A DNA stretch of 64,000 nucleotides from Deltaproteobacteria bacterium (GTDB lineage: Bacteria; Myxococcota; XYA12-FULL-58-9; JAFGEK01): contig JAFGEK010000219.1 in the NCBI GenBank assembly GCA_016931625.1, forward strand, positions 24,124 to 88,123. The letters are read 5' to 3'. The notes under the pieces are model-generated. The model made no database searches. It saw only the letters and a list, made by a program, of their open reading frames with translations, and was not told the DNA's origin. Position numbers and translations under genes: made by a program. This document shows positions 28,215 to 38,045 of the stretch, piece after piece; position 1 is the stretch's first letter, and each line of letters starts with the position of its first letter.

Positions 28215-28745
28215 TTAAAAATAATACCTACCTCCAATGCCGCCCATTAAAGATGGGCCTAATCGTGGTAATAAAATTATTGACGGTACCAAGTCTACAT
28301 ACGCCTCTACCCTAGGCTTAGGAAAAAAGGCAGTAAAAGTAACAGGTACACGAAATATGATCCCGGCATTATCATCATAACAATAACGTCGGTTAAACCG
28401 ATCACGATAACAACCACCATCATGAATATAGCCAGCAGCGCCGCCCACCCCTGCAGTAAAATCAAAGCTAACTACTTGGGTACGCGCGTCAATATGTCCC
28501 ATTTGATGCTGCCAATCAGCAATAAAAATTGGACCAGAAGCACCATAGTAGGTCCCGGTCCAACCTAAAACAGCTTGCACCGCATCAGTATTGTTAAACC
28601 AGTACCTGCCAGTAAACCCAAAAGCTGGGTCGCCAAAATAAAGCCCTAAACCAAATTTGCGCTCGGGTAATTGTGCATGGGCGACTGAAGAAACCACAAA
28701 GGTTAAAAATATAAATAATAAGCAAGGTTTTAAAGCTTTGTTCAT
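28215..28745 (-). CDS. Small outer-membrane beta-barrel-like protein (hypothetical)
   Basis: The start is taken at MNKALKPCLLFIFLTFVVSSVAHA (signal peptide). The sequence has alternating Gly/aromatic-rich strands and a C-terminal ...GGRYYF (terminal Phe). Confidence 0.6.
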   Translation of the reverse strand: MNKALKPCLLFIFLTFVVSSVAHAQLPERKFGLGLYFGDPAFGFTGRYWFNNTDAVQAVLGWTGTYYGASGPIFIADWQHQMGHIDARTQVVSFDFTAGVGGAAGYIHDGGCYRDRFNRRYCYDDNAGIIFRVPVTFTAFFPKPRVEAYVDLVPSIILLPRLGPSLMGGIGGRYYF

Positions 28746-28791
28746 GATCGTGCAATTTACTACAACCGGTAGCAATATTTCAAAAGAGTTT

Positions 28792-29433
28792 TTAGTTTGC
28801 TTTTTCAATAGATGGTCGCAAAAGTCGTAAACCCAACAACGCACAACCGCTAGCCAAAATAAAAACACCAAAAACAGCAACGTACTCTGAAATCATGGGT
28901 CCAATTCCATATAAAACCACTCCTGTTAAAAATAATATTCCTGAAATTTTTGAAAACTCTCGCGAACGTATTAGAGCAATTGAAAAAGTAACAACGCCAA
29001 TTAACATTACAGCCAAAAACATATTCTGAAAAATTAGTATGCCCGTATCATTAAAATAAATTTTGCCACCAAAAAGGGGGTATAATAATTCATGCTTTGC
29101 TAACAGTGGAAATATAAGCAACGCCCAAGCGCTATTTGCTATCTGAAGTATATAAGCTAATGTTACAAAAACATACCCAATAAAGCCTAAAACACCTGAG
29201 CTACTATAAAATCGAGAATATATCGCAGCAAAACCAAAAACTAAAAAAAGTACAGCTAACAATGCTGTTAATTCTAACCAACAAAAATGAGGATTCAATA
29301 TTAACGGAGTTATATCACTACCATGTGCAAAATTTGGTAATAATATAGTATGCAAAATCGACCAGGCTGCTAATAAAACTGCGCCAATAATAACCGCGAA
29401 CCCACCAAGACGTTGGATTTTTTCTAATTTCAT
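28792..29433 (-). CDS. Polytopic membrane protein (hypothetical)
   Basis: The start is taken at MKLEKIQRLGGFAVIIG. About 6 hydrophobic helices. No family recognised. Confidence 0.5.
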   Translation of the reverse strand: MKLEKIQRLGGFAVIIGAVLLAAWSILHTILLPNFAHGSDITPLILNPHFCWLELTALLAVLFLVFGFAAIYSRFYSSSGVLGFIGYVFVTLAYILQIANSAWALLIFPLLAKHELLYPLFGGKIYFNDTGILIFQNMFLAVMLIGVVTFSIALIRSREFSKISGILFLTGVVLYGIGPMISEYVAVFGVFILASGCALLGLRLLRPSIEKAN

Positions 29434-29514
29434 TGAGTTATTAGCTCCTTTTCTCAAACCAGTTGTGCTAATACAAAACACAACAATTTATATTACTATT
29501 GGGAAAAAGAATCA

Positions 29515-32337
29515 ATGTCGCCTATTGAACCTCGTAATTTATCAAACAAATTTCTTTCTGTACAGCAATGGACGCAACTAACTATAGCCAATGCTGCTGC
29601 TACCCTGCAAAGTAACCTTAAAAATGGGATCAGCTCTAACCAAGCCAGTGAACGCCAAAAGCATTACGGCTTAAACACCTTGCAAGAAAAAGGCAACAAG
29701 TCGCCTTTGCGTGTAATATTAGATCAGTTCGCCAATACTTTAGTCATCGTTCTCATTATCGCCGCCGTGATTTCAGCCGTTGCTGGCAGTCTTAAAGATG
29801 CTATCGCCATTGTTGCCATTGTTACTCTCAATGCTGTACTTGGCTTCATTCAAGAAATTAGAGCCGAACGGGCCATAGCCGCGCTACGCCAGTTAGCTAT
29901 ACCTAAAACACGGGTGCGACGCGATGGTATTGTTGTTGAAATCTCTTCAAGCGAATTAGTCCCTGGTGATATTGTTTTGCTTGAAGCTGGTAATCTGGTG
30001 CCTGCAGACGGCCGAATAATTGAATCTGCCAGTATGCGTATTGCCGAAGCTATGCTTACCGGGGAGTCAGAACCTATTGAAAAACAAACTGAAACTATAC
30101 CAGGCAAAAATGCCTTAGCGCTTGGTGATCAAGTCAATATGGCTTTTATGGGCACTAGCGTTACTTTTGGCCGAGGGCAAATATTAGTTACCGCAACAGG
30201 AATGAATACTGAACTTGGCAAGGTTGCTAATCTAATTCAAAATGTTGGACAAGTTATTACTCCGCTACAACATCGTCTCAATAGATTAGGGCGCATTTTA
30301 GCAATCGCGGCATTTTGTGTAGTTGCAGTTATTTTTATTTTCGGCTTACTGTTTGGTCACGATTGGAAATTGATGTTTATGACTGCAGTAAGTATGGCTG
30401 TTGCTGTAATACCCGAGGGTCTCCCAGCAGTTGTTACTATTGCTTTGGCACTTGGGGCTCAACGAATGTTACATCGAAATGCACTAATACGACGCTTACC
30501 TGCAGTTGAAACATTGGGTTCAGTTAGTGTTATATGTTCAGACAAAACTGGTACCCTTACTGAAAATCGTATGAAGGTAAGTGTGCTAGATCTCGCTGGG
30601 CATCGAATTGATATCTCTGAAGAACTAAAACATCGCCAGCCCATAACTATAGCCAATAAGAAAACCTCAACACTTATTAATGATGAACCATCTCTTGCCC
30701 TATTATTAATGAGTGGCAGCTTATGTAATGATGCTACGCTGCAAATTGATCGCGGCAGACCAGGCCATTATCGTGCTGTTGGTGATCCAACTGAAGGTGC
30801 CTTGGTTATAGCAGCAGCACATTTTAACTTACTTCGCGATCAACTTGATCTTGATTTCCCTCGTATCAATGAAGCGCCTTTTGACTCAGAACGTAAACGC
30901 ATGAGCACCATGCATAGTATTGTTAATCCATCAGCTTGGTTTTCGACCAATACTCTAAATCATAACAGTAAGTTCGTAGTATTTACCAAAGGCGCCGTTG
31001 ATAGTCTGCTTACTGTATGTTCTCATGTCTTATATGAAAACCAGGTGGTGCATTTAGATGATGCTTGGCGAAATAAAATTACTGCTACTAATAATGAACT
31101 TGCACGAGATGGTATACGAGTTCTTGGTATTGCATATCGATTAGCTGCAAATGAAGAATCCGATAAAAAGCTTACGGCAACGCAGCTTGAGCGCAATTTA
31201 ATATTTATTGGTCTGGTTGGTATGCTCGACCCACCACGTAGCGAAGTAAAACAAGCTGTGGCTACTTGCCAAAGCGCTGGTATTCGCCCCGTAATGATAA
31301 CTGGTGACCATCCCGTTACTGCGCGTCGTATTGCTGCTGATTTAAATATTTTAGGTACCGGACAAGTTATTACCGGCCCCGAATTATTAGGCATCTCACC
31401 GGCACAGCTTGATAAATTAGTAAATCAAGTATCGGTATATGCTCGTGTCGCTCCCGAACAAAAATTACGTATTGTAGAAGCTCTACAAAGACAGGGGCAT
31501 GTTGTCGCTATGACTGGTGATGGCGTTAACGATGCTCCAGCTTTGCGCCGCGCCGATATTGGAGTAGCGATGGGTATTACTGGTACTGATGTCGCTAAAG
31601 AAGCCGCAGCAATGGTATTAGTTGATGATAACTTTGCCACTATAGTTGCCGCAGTTGAAGAAGGTCGTTCTATTAACGATAATATTCGTAGGTTTCTAAA
31701 ATTCTCGCTTGCTGGCAATCTTGCCAAGCTATTATTAGTATTTGTTGGACCACTTTTAGGTATGCCCCTGCCTTTAACTCCATTTCAAATTCTTTGGCTT
31801 AACTTAGTCACTGATGGTGTACTAGGTTTAGGTATTGGGGTCGAACCCTCCGAACCTGATGTTATGCAACGTAAGCCACAAAAATCCTCCGAAGGTATTT
31901 TAGCTCATGGTTTAGGCATACAAATTATTTGGCAAGGTTTGCTAATGGGAATAGTTAGTATTGCTGTCGGTTGGTGGGCTTTTAGTACCAAACAACCACA
32001 ATGGCAAACTCTCGTGCTCACCACCGTAGTTCTACTGCAAATATTTCAAGCACACGCTAGTCGTTCTTCGCAACAAAGTGTTTTTAAACAAAATCCATTT
32101 TCAAATAAGCCATTGTTAGGTGCAACTTTATTACTTATAATTTTACAAGCCGCAGTGATCTATATTTCACCTTTACATAATATCTTTGCCACTTTATCTA
32201 TGTCCGCAAAACAAGTTGGCATTTCATTTCTTGCAGGACTAGTTGTGCTGATTGTAGTAGAAATATTTAAAAGTCTTATCAATTATAGAAAAATAAAGAA
32301 AAAATCTAATAATTTCCTGAATGCTGCTATTGAGTAA
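29515..32337 (+). CDS. Cation-transporting P-type ATPase, type IIA (SERCA/Ca2+-ATPase-like)
   Basis: Motifs TGES, PEGLPAV (M4), CSDKTGTLT, MITGDH and GDGVNDAPAL. 940 aa with Cation_ATPase N- and C-terminal regions. Confidence 0.93.
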   Translation: MSPIEPRNLSNKFLSVQQWTQLTIANAAATLQSNLKNGISSNQASERQKHYGLNTLQEKGNKSPLRVILDQFANTLVIVLIIAAVISAVAGSLKDAIAIVAIVTLNAVLGFIQEIRAERAIAALRQLAIPKTRVRRDGIVVEISSSELVPGDIVLLEAGNLVPADGRIIESASMRIAEAMLTGESEPIEKQTETIPGKNALALGDQVNMAFMGTSVTFGRGQILVTATGMNTELGKVANLIQNVGQVITPLQHRLNRLGRILAIAAFCVVAVIFIFGLLFGHDWKLMFMTAVSMAVAVIPEGLPAVVTIALALGAQRMLHRNALIRRLPAVETLGSVSVICSDKTGTLTENRMKVSVLDLAGHRIDISEELKHRQPITIANKKTSTLINDEPSLALLLMSGSLCNDATLQIDRGRPGHYRAVGDPTEGALVIAAAHFNLLRDQLDLDFPRINEAPFDSERKRMSTMHSIVNPSAWFSTNTLNHNSKFVVFTKGAVDSLLTVCSHVLYENQVVHLDDAWRNKITATNNELARDGIRVLGIAYRLAANEESDKKLTATQLERNLIFIGLVGMLDPPRSEVKQAVATCQSAGIRPVMITGDHPVTARRIAADLNILGTGQVITGPELLGISPAQLDKLVNQVSVYARVAPEQKLRIVEALQRQGHVVAMTGDGVNDAPALRRADIGVAMGITGTDVAKEAAAMVLVDDNFATIVAAVEEGRSINDNIRRFLKFSLAGNLAKLLLVFVGPLLGMPLPLTPFQILWLNLVTDGVLGLGIGVEPSEPDVMQRKPQKSSEGILAHGLGIQIIWQGLLMGIVSIAVGWWAFSTKQPQWQTLVLTTVVLLQIFQAHASRSSQQSVFKQNPFSNKPLLGATLLLIILQAAVIYISPLHNIFATLSMSAKQVGISFLAGLVVLIVVEIFKSLINYRKIKKKSNNFLNAAIE

Positions 32338-32382
32338 TCGTTATATATTAAGCTAGTGTAACTCTGTAAATGAGGAGTCTTA

Positions 32383-33558
32383 ATGCTGACTCAAGTATGG
32401 TTTAAAAACTACAAAGGTCTCCGTGATATTAAGCTTAATTTAGGCAGATTTAATGTCCTAGTCGGACCAAATGCTTGTGGTAAAACCTCTGTACTTGATG
32501 CCATTCGACAATTATCAATGGTTACATATAGGGATCCCTCTTTAGTATTTAATGGTTTATGGGATAAACGTGTTCTTTACAATCAAACTGCAAAGTCAAA
32601 TACCATTTCTATTGGTGCTATCGGTGAAATGTTCAATAATGATATAAAATCAAACATAAAAGTTGAAGTTACTATTGATGTTGCCGCAAAACCACGTCCA
32701 TTGCGTAAAGATGGCAATATAGATGGCCCTGATGGTGCTTTTAGTGTAGAAGCGGAGATTAATGATAAACCTCTAAATATCCCTAAAGGTCATCAAATTA
32801 ATTGGGAATCTGCAGCTCATCCATTAGTCGAAGCTTTAAATTCTTCATATTTAAGACTTGATTATTTTAAACTTGCTGAACCAACATACTCAGATAGTAT
32901 TATTCCTCAGTTAGAAGCTGGTGGTTTTGGTCTTGCTACAGTATTAAATAATATGCAAGCAAGTAACCCATCTGAATTTTCACAACTTATAGAAGATGTA
33001 TGTTCAGTTGTACCTATAATAACATCAATTAGAACAACTAGAGTCCCTTTAAAAATAACCCGTCCACAAACTATTACTATTAATGGTCAAACTATAACTA
33101 ATGAAATTAAAGAAGATGTAATCGGGCATCAAATATTACTCGATACTCAGTATGCCAAAAATATCCCTCCAAGTGGTATAAGCGAAGGTACTCTAATTGT
33201 ACTTGGTATTCTTACTGAATTACATTCACAACCTTATGCAAAATTATTATTGCTTGATGATATTGAGCATGGCCTACATCCTAAAGCACAAAAAAATTTA
33301 ATTGACCTATTACGGATTATACTTAATAAAAATTCTGATCTGCAAATAATCGCGACCTCTCATTCACCCTATCTTATAGACTCTCTTGAGCCTAGCGAAG
33401 TAATACTTTTTGATATTGGTGATGAAGGAGAAAGTATTGCTAAGCGTTTAATTGATCATCCAGATCATAAACATTGGCTTGAAACTATGACACCTGGTGA
33501 ATTTTGGAGTTTTGCTGGTGAATCATGGGTAAAAGGTAAACAAGATAAGGATAAATAA
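32383..33558 (+). CDS. ABC/AAA_21-type ATPase (OLD/AriA-like ATPase component)
   Basis: Walker A GPNACGKTS, signature-like GISEGT, Walker B LLLLDDIEHGLHP and H-loop ATSHSP. GAGGAG RBS. Confidence 0.8.
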   Translation: MLTQVWFKNYKGLRDIKLNLGRFNVLVGPNACGKTSVLDAIRQLSMVTYRDPSLVFNGLWDKRVLYNQTAKSNTISIGAIGEMFNNDIKSNIKVEVTIDVAAKPRPLRKDGNIDGPDGAFSVEAEINDKPLNIPKGHQINWESAAHPLVEALNSSYLRLDYFKLAEPTYSDSIIPQLEAGGFGLATVLNNMQASNPSEFSQLIEDVCSVVPIITSIRTTRVPLKITRPQTITINGQTITNEIKEDVIGHQILLDTQYAKNIPPSGISEGTLIVLGILTELHSQPYAKLLLLDDIEHGLHPKAQKNLIDLLRIILNKNSDLQIIATSHSPYLIDSLEPSEVILFDIGDEGESIAKRLIDHPDHKHWLETMTPGEFWSFAGESWVKGKQDKDK

Positions 33559-33560
33559 AA

Positions 33561-34325
33561 ATGAATGGGGGAATTTTTTTAAAATTCGGACTCGTTTGTG
33601 AAGGCAAAGGTGATGCAAGAACGATACCTTTAATTGTGTGGAGAGTTCTTTGTCATCAATTTGATTACCTTACTGATTATGATCCCTCATGCATTTCATG
33701 GCGCGGCCTTTCATCAAATAAAAATTATCTTCCTTGGGCACAAGTAAAAAGGATTTTTAAACTATCTAACTTAAAAATACATGGTAATTTTTCTGGTACT
33801 AGATCTACTGAATTTGTCAGTGCCCGTAAAGCATTGCTACTAATGCAAAAGGCTCATCATTCTGAGCCTATAGATCTTGTCTTTCTTATACGCGATGCTG
33901 ACAAACTACCAGAGCAAAGATATGATGCATTAATTAATGCTTGTAATTCTTTTAAGTATCCCTTTTTCGTTGCTGTAGGTGTACCAATTGCCAAACGTGA
34001 ATGTTGGGTTTTAGCTACTATTACCATTGAAATTGAAGATTTCGATTCACAATTGAAAACGAAAATAGCACAATTAGAAAAGGACCTTGGATTCAATCCT
34101 ATTTTTAATTCACATCGTCTAAATGCTTCAGAGCCTAATGCCAAACGAAGTGCTAAGCGAGTCTTAAACCTATTAACAGATGATAATATTGCCCTTGAAG
34201 ATACATGGATTAGTTCTGCGACACCTGAAATCTATATTAATCGAGGTATTAAAAATGGCCTCGCAATGTTTGTTCAAAATATTAAGAAACAACTGAGTCA
34301 ATTATATAAAAAAAGAAAAATATGA
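33561..34325 (+). CDS. Putative TOPRIM-like partner protein (DUF4276/DUF4435-like), function unknown
   Basis: Its ATG is 2 nt after the ATPase stop. The motifs GLVCEGKGD (E), LIRDADK (DxD) and AKRECWVLA (E) appear in the order expected for a Toprim fold. This assignment comes from motifs only. Confidence 0.45.
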   Translation: MNGGIFLKFGLVCEGKGDARTIPLIVWRVLCHQFDYLTDYDPSCISWRGLSSNKNYLPWAQVKRIFKLSNLKIHGNFSGTRSTEFVSARKALLLMQKAHHSEPIDLVFLIRDADKLPEQRYDALINACNSFKYPFFVAVGVPIAKRECWVLATITIEIEDFDSQLKTKIAQLEKDLGFNPIFNSHRLNASEPNAKRSAKRVLNLLTDDNIALEDTWISSATPEIYINRGIKNGLAMFVQNIKKQLSQLYKKRKI

Positions 34326-34426
34326 CCGATACACAATAAATTTAACTTGCTGCTAAATCTCAGTTTTCTGAGACATGATGGAAATATCAAGTTTATCGGT
34401 TGATAACAAACCTTAGATTATTCGCC

Positions 34427-36397
34427 ATGGAGCTACCTTTGAACAGTATAATCGGTCAAAGCCTTATTTGGATAGCAATGATTGCTGCTTTCGCCGGAGT
34501 GCTATTAGGTTTTGTAACCGGCAAAAATCCTAGTCGCACTTCTATGCAATGGCTTTATCGGTTGGTGATGATTTTTTCGGGGGCCATGGTTGCTGCTAAT
34601 GTTGTTATGGTAACTGCTCTTATAACCCATGACTTTTCTGTTAGTTATGTTGCTAAAGTTGGTAGCCGCTCAACTCCATTATCAATTACTATTGTATCTT
34701 TATGGTCAGCCCTTGAAGGTTCACTTCTATTTTGGGGCTTTATACTAGCTTTAGTTGTTGTCGCTTTTGCCCATATATGGCGCAAAAATTCTCCCCGACA
34801 TATGGCATATGCTATCGGCACAATTCTTACGGTTTCACTTTTTTTTGCAATAATTATTGTTGGTCCGGCAAATCCGTTTACCGTCTTATCGCCGATACCC
34901 TTTGACGGCCCAGGACCAAATCCACTTTTGCAAAACCATCCATTAATGATTATTCACCCGCCACTACTATACTGTGGCTATGTTGCAATGGTGCTACCGT
35001 TTGCAATTGCTATTGCAGTCTTGCTAGCTGGTGAAACCAATTGGCCTTGGCTAAACATGCTACGTCAAACAATGCTAATTGCTTGGGGCTTTCTTGGCCT
35101 CGGTATTCTTACTGGGAGTTGGTGGTCATATGAAATATTAGGTTGGGGTGGTTATTGGTCTTGGGATCCCATAGAAAACGCTTCACTTATTCCTTGGCTA
35201 ACGGCAACTGCTTGCCTACATGCAATTATAATTCAAAAACGCCAAAAGTTTTTAGCATTGTTAACATTAGCCTTAGCTATTATTACTTTTCTATTAACTA
35301 TTTTCGGTACCTTTATAACTCGTAGTGGTATTATTAATTCCGTACATGCCTTTACTCAATCAACTATTGGTCCCACATTTCTTGCCTTTTTAGGGGTTAT
35401 ATCAATAGCTTCTTTAGCTTTACTCAGTAAACGTAATGTTCTTAACTCATCAACTATATCAACTACTAAATCTTATACGCTATTATCAAAACCTACTTTG
35501 CTTCTTATGGTTATTGCATTATTACTAACTTTTGCTTTTACCATACTTCTTGGCACTATATTTCCGTTATTTACTGAATTTATGCGTGGGGTTAAAATTT
35601 CAGTTGGCGCCCCTTATTTTAATAACATGTCTGTGCCCATTGTTATTTGCTTACTTATAATCTTAGCACTTAGTTACTTCGCCCCCTTCGAAGAAGTAAA
35701 AATAATTCACCCAAATTTTTTACTTATTTCATTATTTATCTCCAGTATAACATTTATTCTATTTTTGTTAACCGGCATCCGCCCCATATTTGCCGATTTT
35801 ATTTTTTCACTTTGTGCTTTTGCTGCAACTGGTATCTTACTAAGTTTTACTTATGTATTCTCAATCAATAAAATTGATAGTACTGAAAACAAAAACCATC
35901 GATGTTGGTCTAAATATTTTTTAACTCGTTTCTTAGGGATGCAGCTAATTCATCTTTCTTTTATTATCATTGTTGCTGCAGTCTGTGGTTCGCATTTTTA
36001 TAAACAAACTTACGAGTTCTCACTTACACCAGGGTCAAACCAATCCATTAACAATTATAAACTCACTTATGTAAAAGCATCGTTGTTAAAAGAACCACAT
36101 CGCCAAGCAATAAATACAAAAATTAAACTTGAACAAAATAACAAAATTTTCTCTTTTTTATATCCATCACTAGTTTATTACCAAACTCAACGTGAACCTC
36201 TTGGTGTACCTCATATTTTGACTATTAATTACCGCGATTTATATTTATCACTTATATCGTTCAACCATGACGATAATAAAGCTTCGTTTAAATTTTTTAT
36301 CATTCCACTTATTTCTTGGTTATGGTTGACTATACCGCTAATAGGTGTTGGAACTATTTTGTTGATAAGTTTTAAAAATAAATCTTCCGTAGACTAA
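34427..36397 (+). CDS. ccmF: Cytochrome c-type biogenesis protein CcmF (heme lyase)
   Basis: WWD/W-rich motif WWSYEILGWGGYWSWDPIENASLIPWL. Polytopic. The start is taken at the ATG at 34427 (MELPLN). Confidence 0.92.
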   Translation: MELPLNSIIGQSLIWIAMIAAFAGVLLGFVTGKNPSRTSMQWLYRLVMIFSGAMVAANVVMVTALITHDFSVSYVAKVGSRSTPLSITIVSLWSALEGSLLFWGFILALVVVAFAHIWRKNSPRHMAYAIGTILTVSLFFAIIIVGPANPFTVLSPIPFDGPGPNPLLQNHPLMIIHPPLLYCGYVAMVLPFAIAIAVLLAGETNWPWLNMLRQTMLIAWGFLGLGILTGSWWSYEILGWGGYWSWDPIENASLIPWLTATACLHAIIIQKRQKFLALLTLALAIITFLLTIFGTFITRSGIINSVHAFTQSTIGPTFLAFLGVISIASLALLSKRNVLNSSTISTTKSYTLLSKPTLLLMVIALLLTFAFTILLGTIFPLFTEFMRGVKISVGAPYFNNMSVPIVICLLIILALSYFAPFEEVKIIHPNFLLISLFISSITFILFLLTGIRPIFADFIFSLCAFAATGILLSFTYVFSINKIDSTENKNHRCWSKYFLTRFLGMQLIHLSFIIIVAAVCGSHFYKQTYEFSLTPGSNQSINNYKLTYVKASLLKEPHRQAINTKIKLEQNNKIFSFLYPSLVYYQTQREPLGVPHILTINYRDLYLSLISFNHDDNKASFKFFIIPLISWLWLTIPLIGVGTILLISFKNKSSVD

Positions 36398-36423
36398 ATA
36401 ATTAACTAAAAAGGACTAATATA

Positions 36424-36954
36424 ATGAATTGGCGACTGTTTAGTATTACGAGCATTGCAGTCGTATTTTTATTAGTAATTTTATTTATGGGTTTTTTTTA
36501 TGACCCTCATGCAGTACCTTCTGTTTTAGTCAATAGACCCGCACCATCATTTTCACTTATTGAACACCAAGGTACAAATTGGAATTTACTTCAAAACCAA
36601 GGCAAACCTATCGTTATCAATTTTTGGGCAAGTTGGTGTCAACCTTGTATTGACGAATTGGCAACACTTGCAAAATTATCACAAGACTATAAAGAACGGA
36701 TAACTTTCATAGGTATTCTATATCAAGACACTACTGAAAATGCGCAAGCAATATTACATGAATATTCTCAATATTTTCCACAATTACTAGACCACGCCGG
36801 TCTTGTTGCAATTGATTATGGGGTAGCTGGCATACCAGAAAGTTTTATCATCGATAGTAAAGGTATTATTCGCCAAAAAATCGTTGGCATTATTAACCCT
36901 GATCAATTACGCCATGATCTTGACATATTACTAATGAGTAATTCGACGCCATGA
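36424..36954 (+). CDS. ccmG: Thiol:disulfide oxidoreductase CcmG/DsbE (TlpA family)
   Basis: TM anchor, FWASWCQPC (CxxC) and GIPESFIID. It sits between ccmF and ccmH. Confidence 0.88.
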   Translation: MNWRLFSITSIAVVFLLVILFMGFFYDPHAVPSVLVNRPAPSFSLIEHQGTNWNLLQNQGKPIVINFWASWCQPCIDELATLAKLSQDYKERITFIGILYQDTTENAQAILHEYSQYFPQLLDHAGLVAIDYGVAGIPESFIIDSKGIIRQKIVGIINPDQLRHDLDILLMSNSTP

Positions 36955-38045
36955 ATATATATTTTATTATTACCCTTTGCTTAACTGCAAATCTCAACTC
37001 TACAAATGCAAATAATATTCATCCAGTTAATCCTGTAATTGAGCAAATTGGCCGTGAGCTACGCTGTCCGGTATGCCAAGGAGTGCCAATTGGTGAATCA
37101 CCGGCACCAATGGCCCATTCAATGATGCATAAAGTACGTGAACTACACGCTCAAGGAAAATCCCGTGAAGAAATATTACAATACTTTGTTGAACGATATG
37201 GTGAATGGGTATTGCTTAACCCAACCACCAAAGGCATTAATTGGCTGCTATGGCTATTACCACTTATAATTTTTATATTTTCAATATCGGCAATCTATTT
37301 TTATATTTCAACTCAAAAAAAAGTTGATCGCATAAATCAATCAATAACTCATAACACCGCCGCAAAAGAGCAAAATACTTATAATAACAACGCATCGGCT
37401 AACAATATAACTATTTCATCATTACCAAAGCACAAACATTTCGTCAAATTATTACCATTTGCTATTTATTTTCTTTTGCTACTAGGTTTTGTATTATTTT
37501 CTTTATATACATCTTTATTTTCTTCAAAATCATCTTCATCAGATCAATCGGTTAAGCAACAAAATTCTTCCTCCTCACTACCTCCGCTTTTTATTACTGC
37601 CGCACCTATTGATGCGAATGAATGGCAAAATTTAATTGATAAAATATCAAAAGAACCAAATAATGTTGATTTATTAGTAAGAATGGGACATTTGTTGATC
37701 ATTGATAGAATGTATGAAGAAGCACAACTTGTTACTGAACGAGCTTTAAAAATAAATAGCAGCAATTTTGAAGCTCGCATTCATGCTGCCGCGCTAATCG
37801 CGCTTACTGATCCTCAGACCGCACTCAATAAGCTTTATGAATTGTTACAAACTAATCCCAACTTTGCTAATGGTTGGTTACTGCATGGTACTATTAGTAT
37901 GTGGTCAGGTCATATTGACCTTATGTATGATAGCTTTAACAAATATATAGAAACTGCCCCTGATGGAAATGATAAAACCTTTATTATAAATATGCTGCAA
38001 CAACTAAAATCTACTAGTCGCTTTTCGCGGCCCCACAAGAATTAA
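36951..38045 (+). CDS. ccmH: CcmH with C-terminal TPR (CcmI-like) extension
   Basis: LRCPVCQGVPIGESP (CcmH CxxC motif), a TM segment, a low-complexity Ser/Asn linker, then TPR-like repeats. Confidence 0.85.
   Translation: MNIYFIITLCLTANLNSTNANNIHPVNPVIEQIGRELRCPVCQGVPIGESPAPMAHSMMHKVRELHAQGKSREEILQYFVERYGEWVLLNPTTKGINWLLWLLPLIIFIFSISAIYFYISTQKKVDRINQSITHNTAAKEQNTYNNNASANNITISSLPKHKHFVKLLPFAIYFLLLLGFVLFSLYTSLFSSKSSSSDQSVKQQNSSSSLPPLFITAAPIDANEWQNLIDKISKEPNNVDLLVRMGHLLIIDRMYEEAQLVTERALKINSSNFEARIHAAALIALTDPQTALNKLYELLQTNPNFANGWLLHGTISMWSGHIDLMYDSFNKYIETAPDGNDKTFIINMLQQLKSTSRFSRPHKN

Noticed and set aside
38004-38045. 42-bp convergent overlap of ccmH and the 288-aa hypothetical as a regulatory antisense arrangement
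   Set aside because: Tail-to-tail overlaps of this size arise easily in AT-rich genomes from late stop codons. There is nothing else structured there (no hairpin or repeat).
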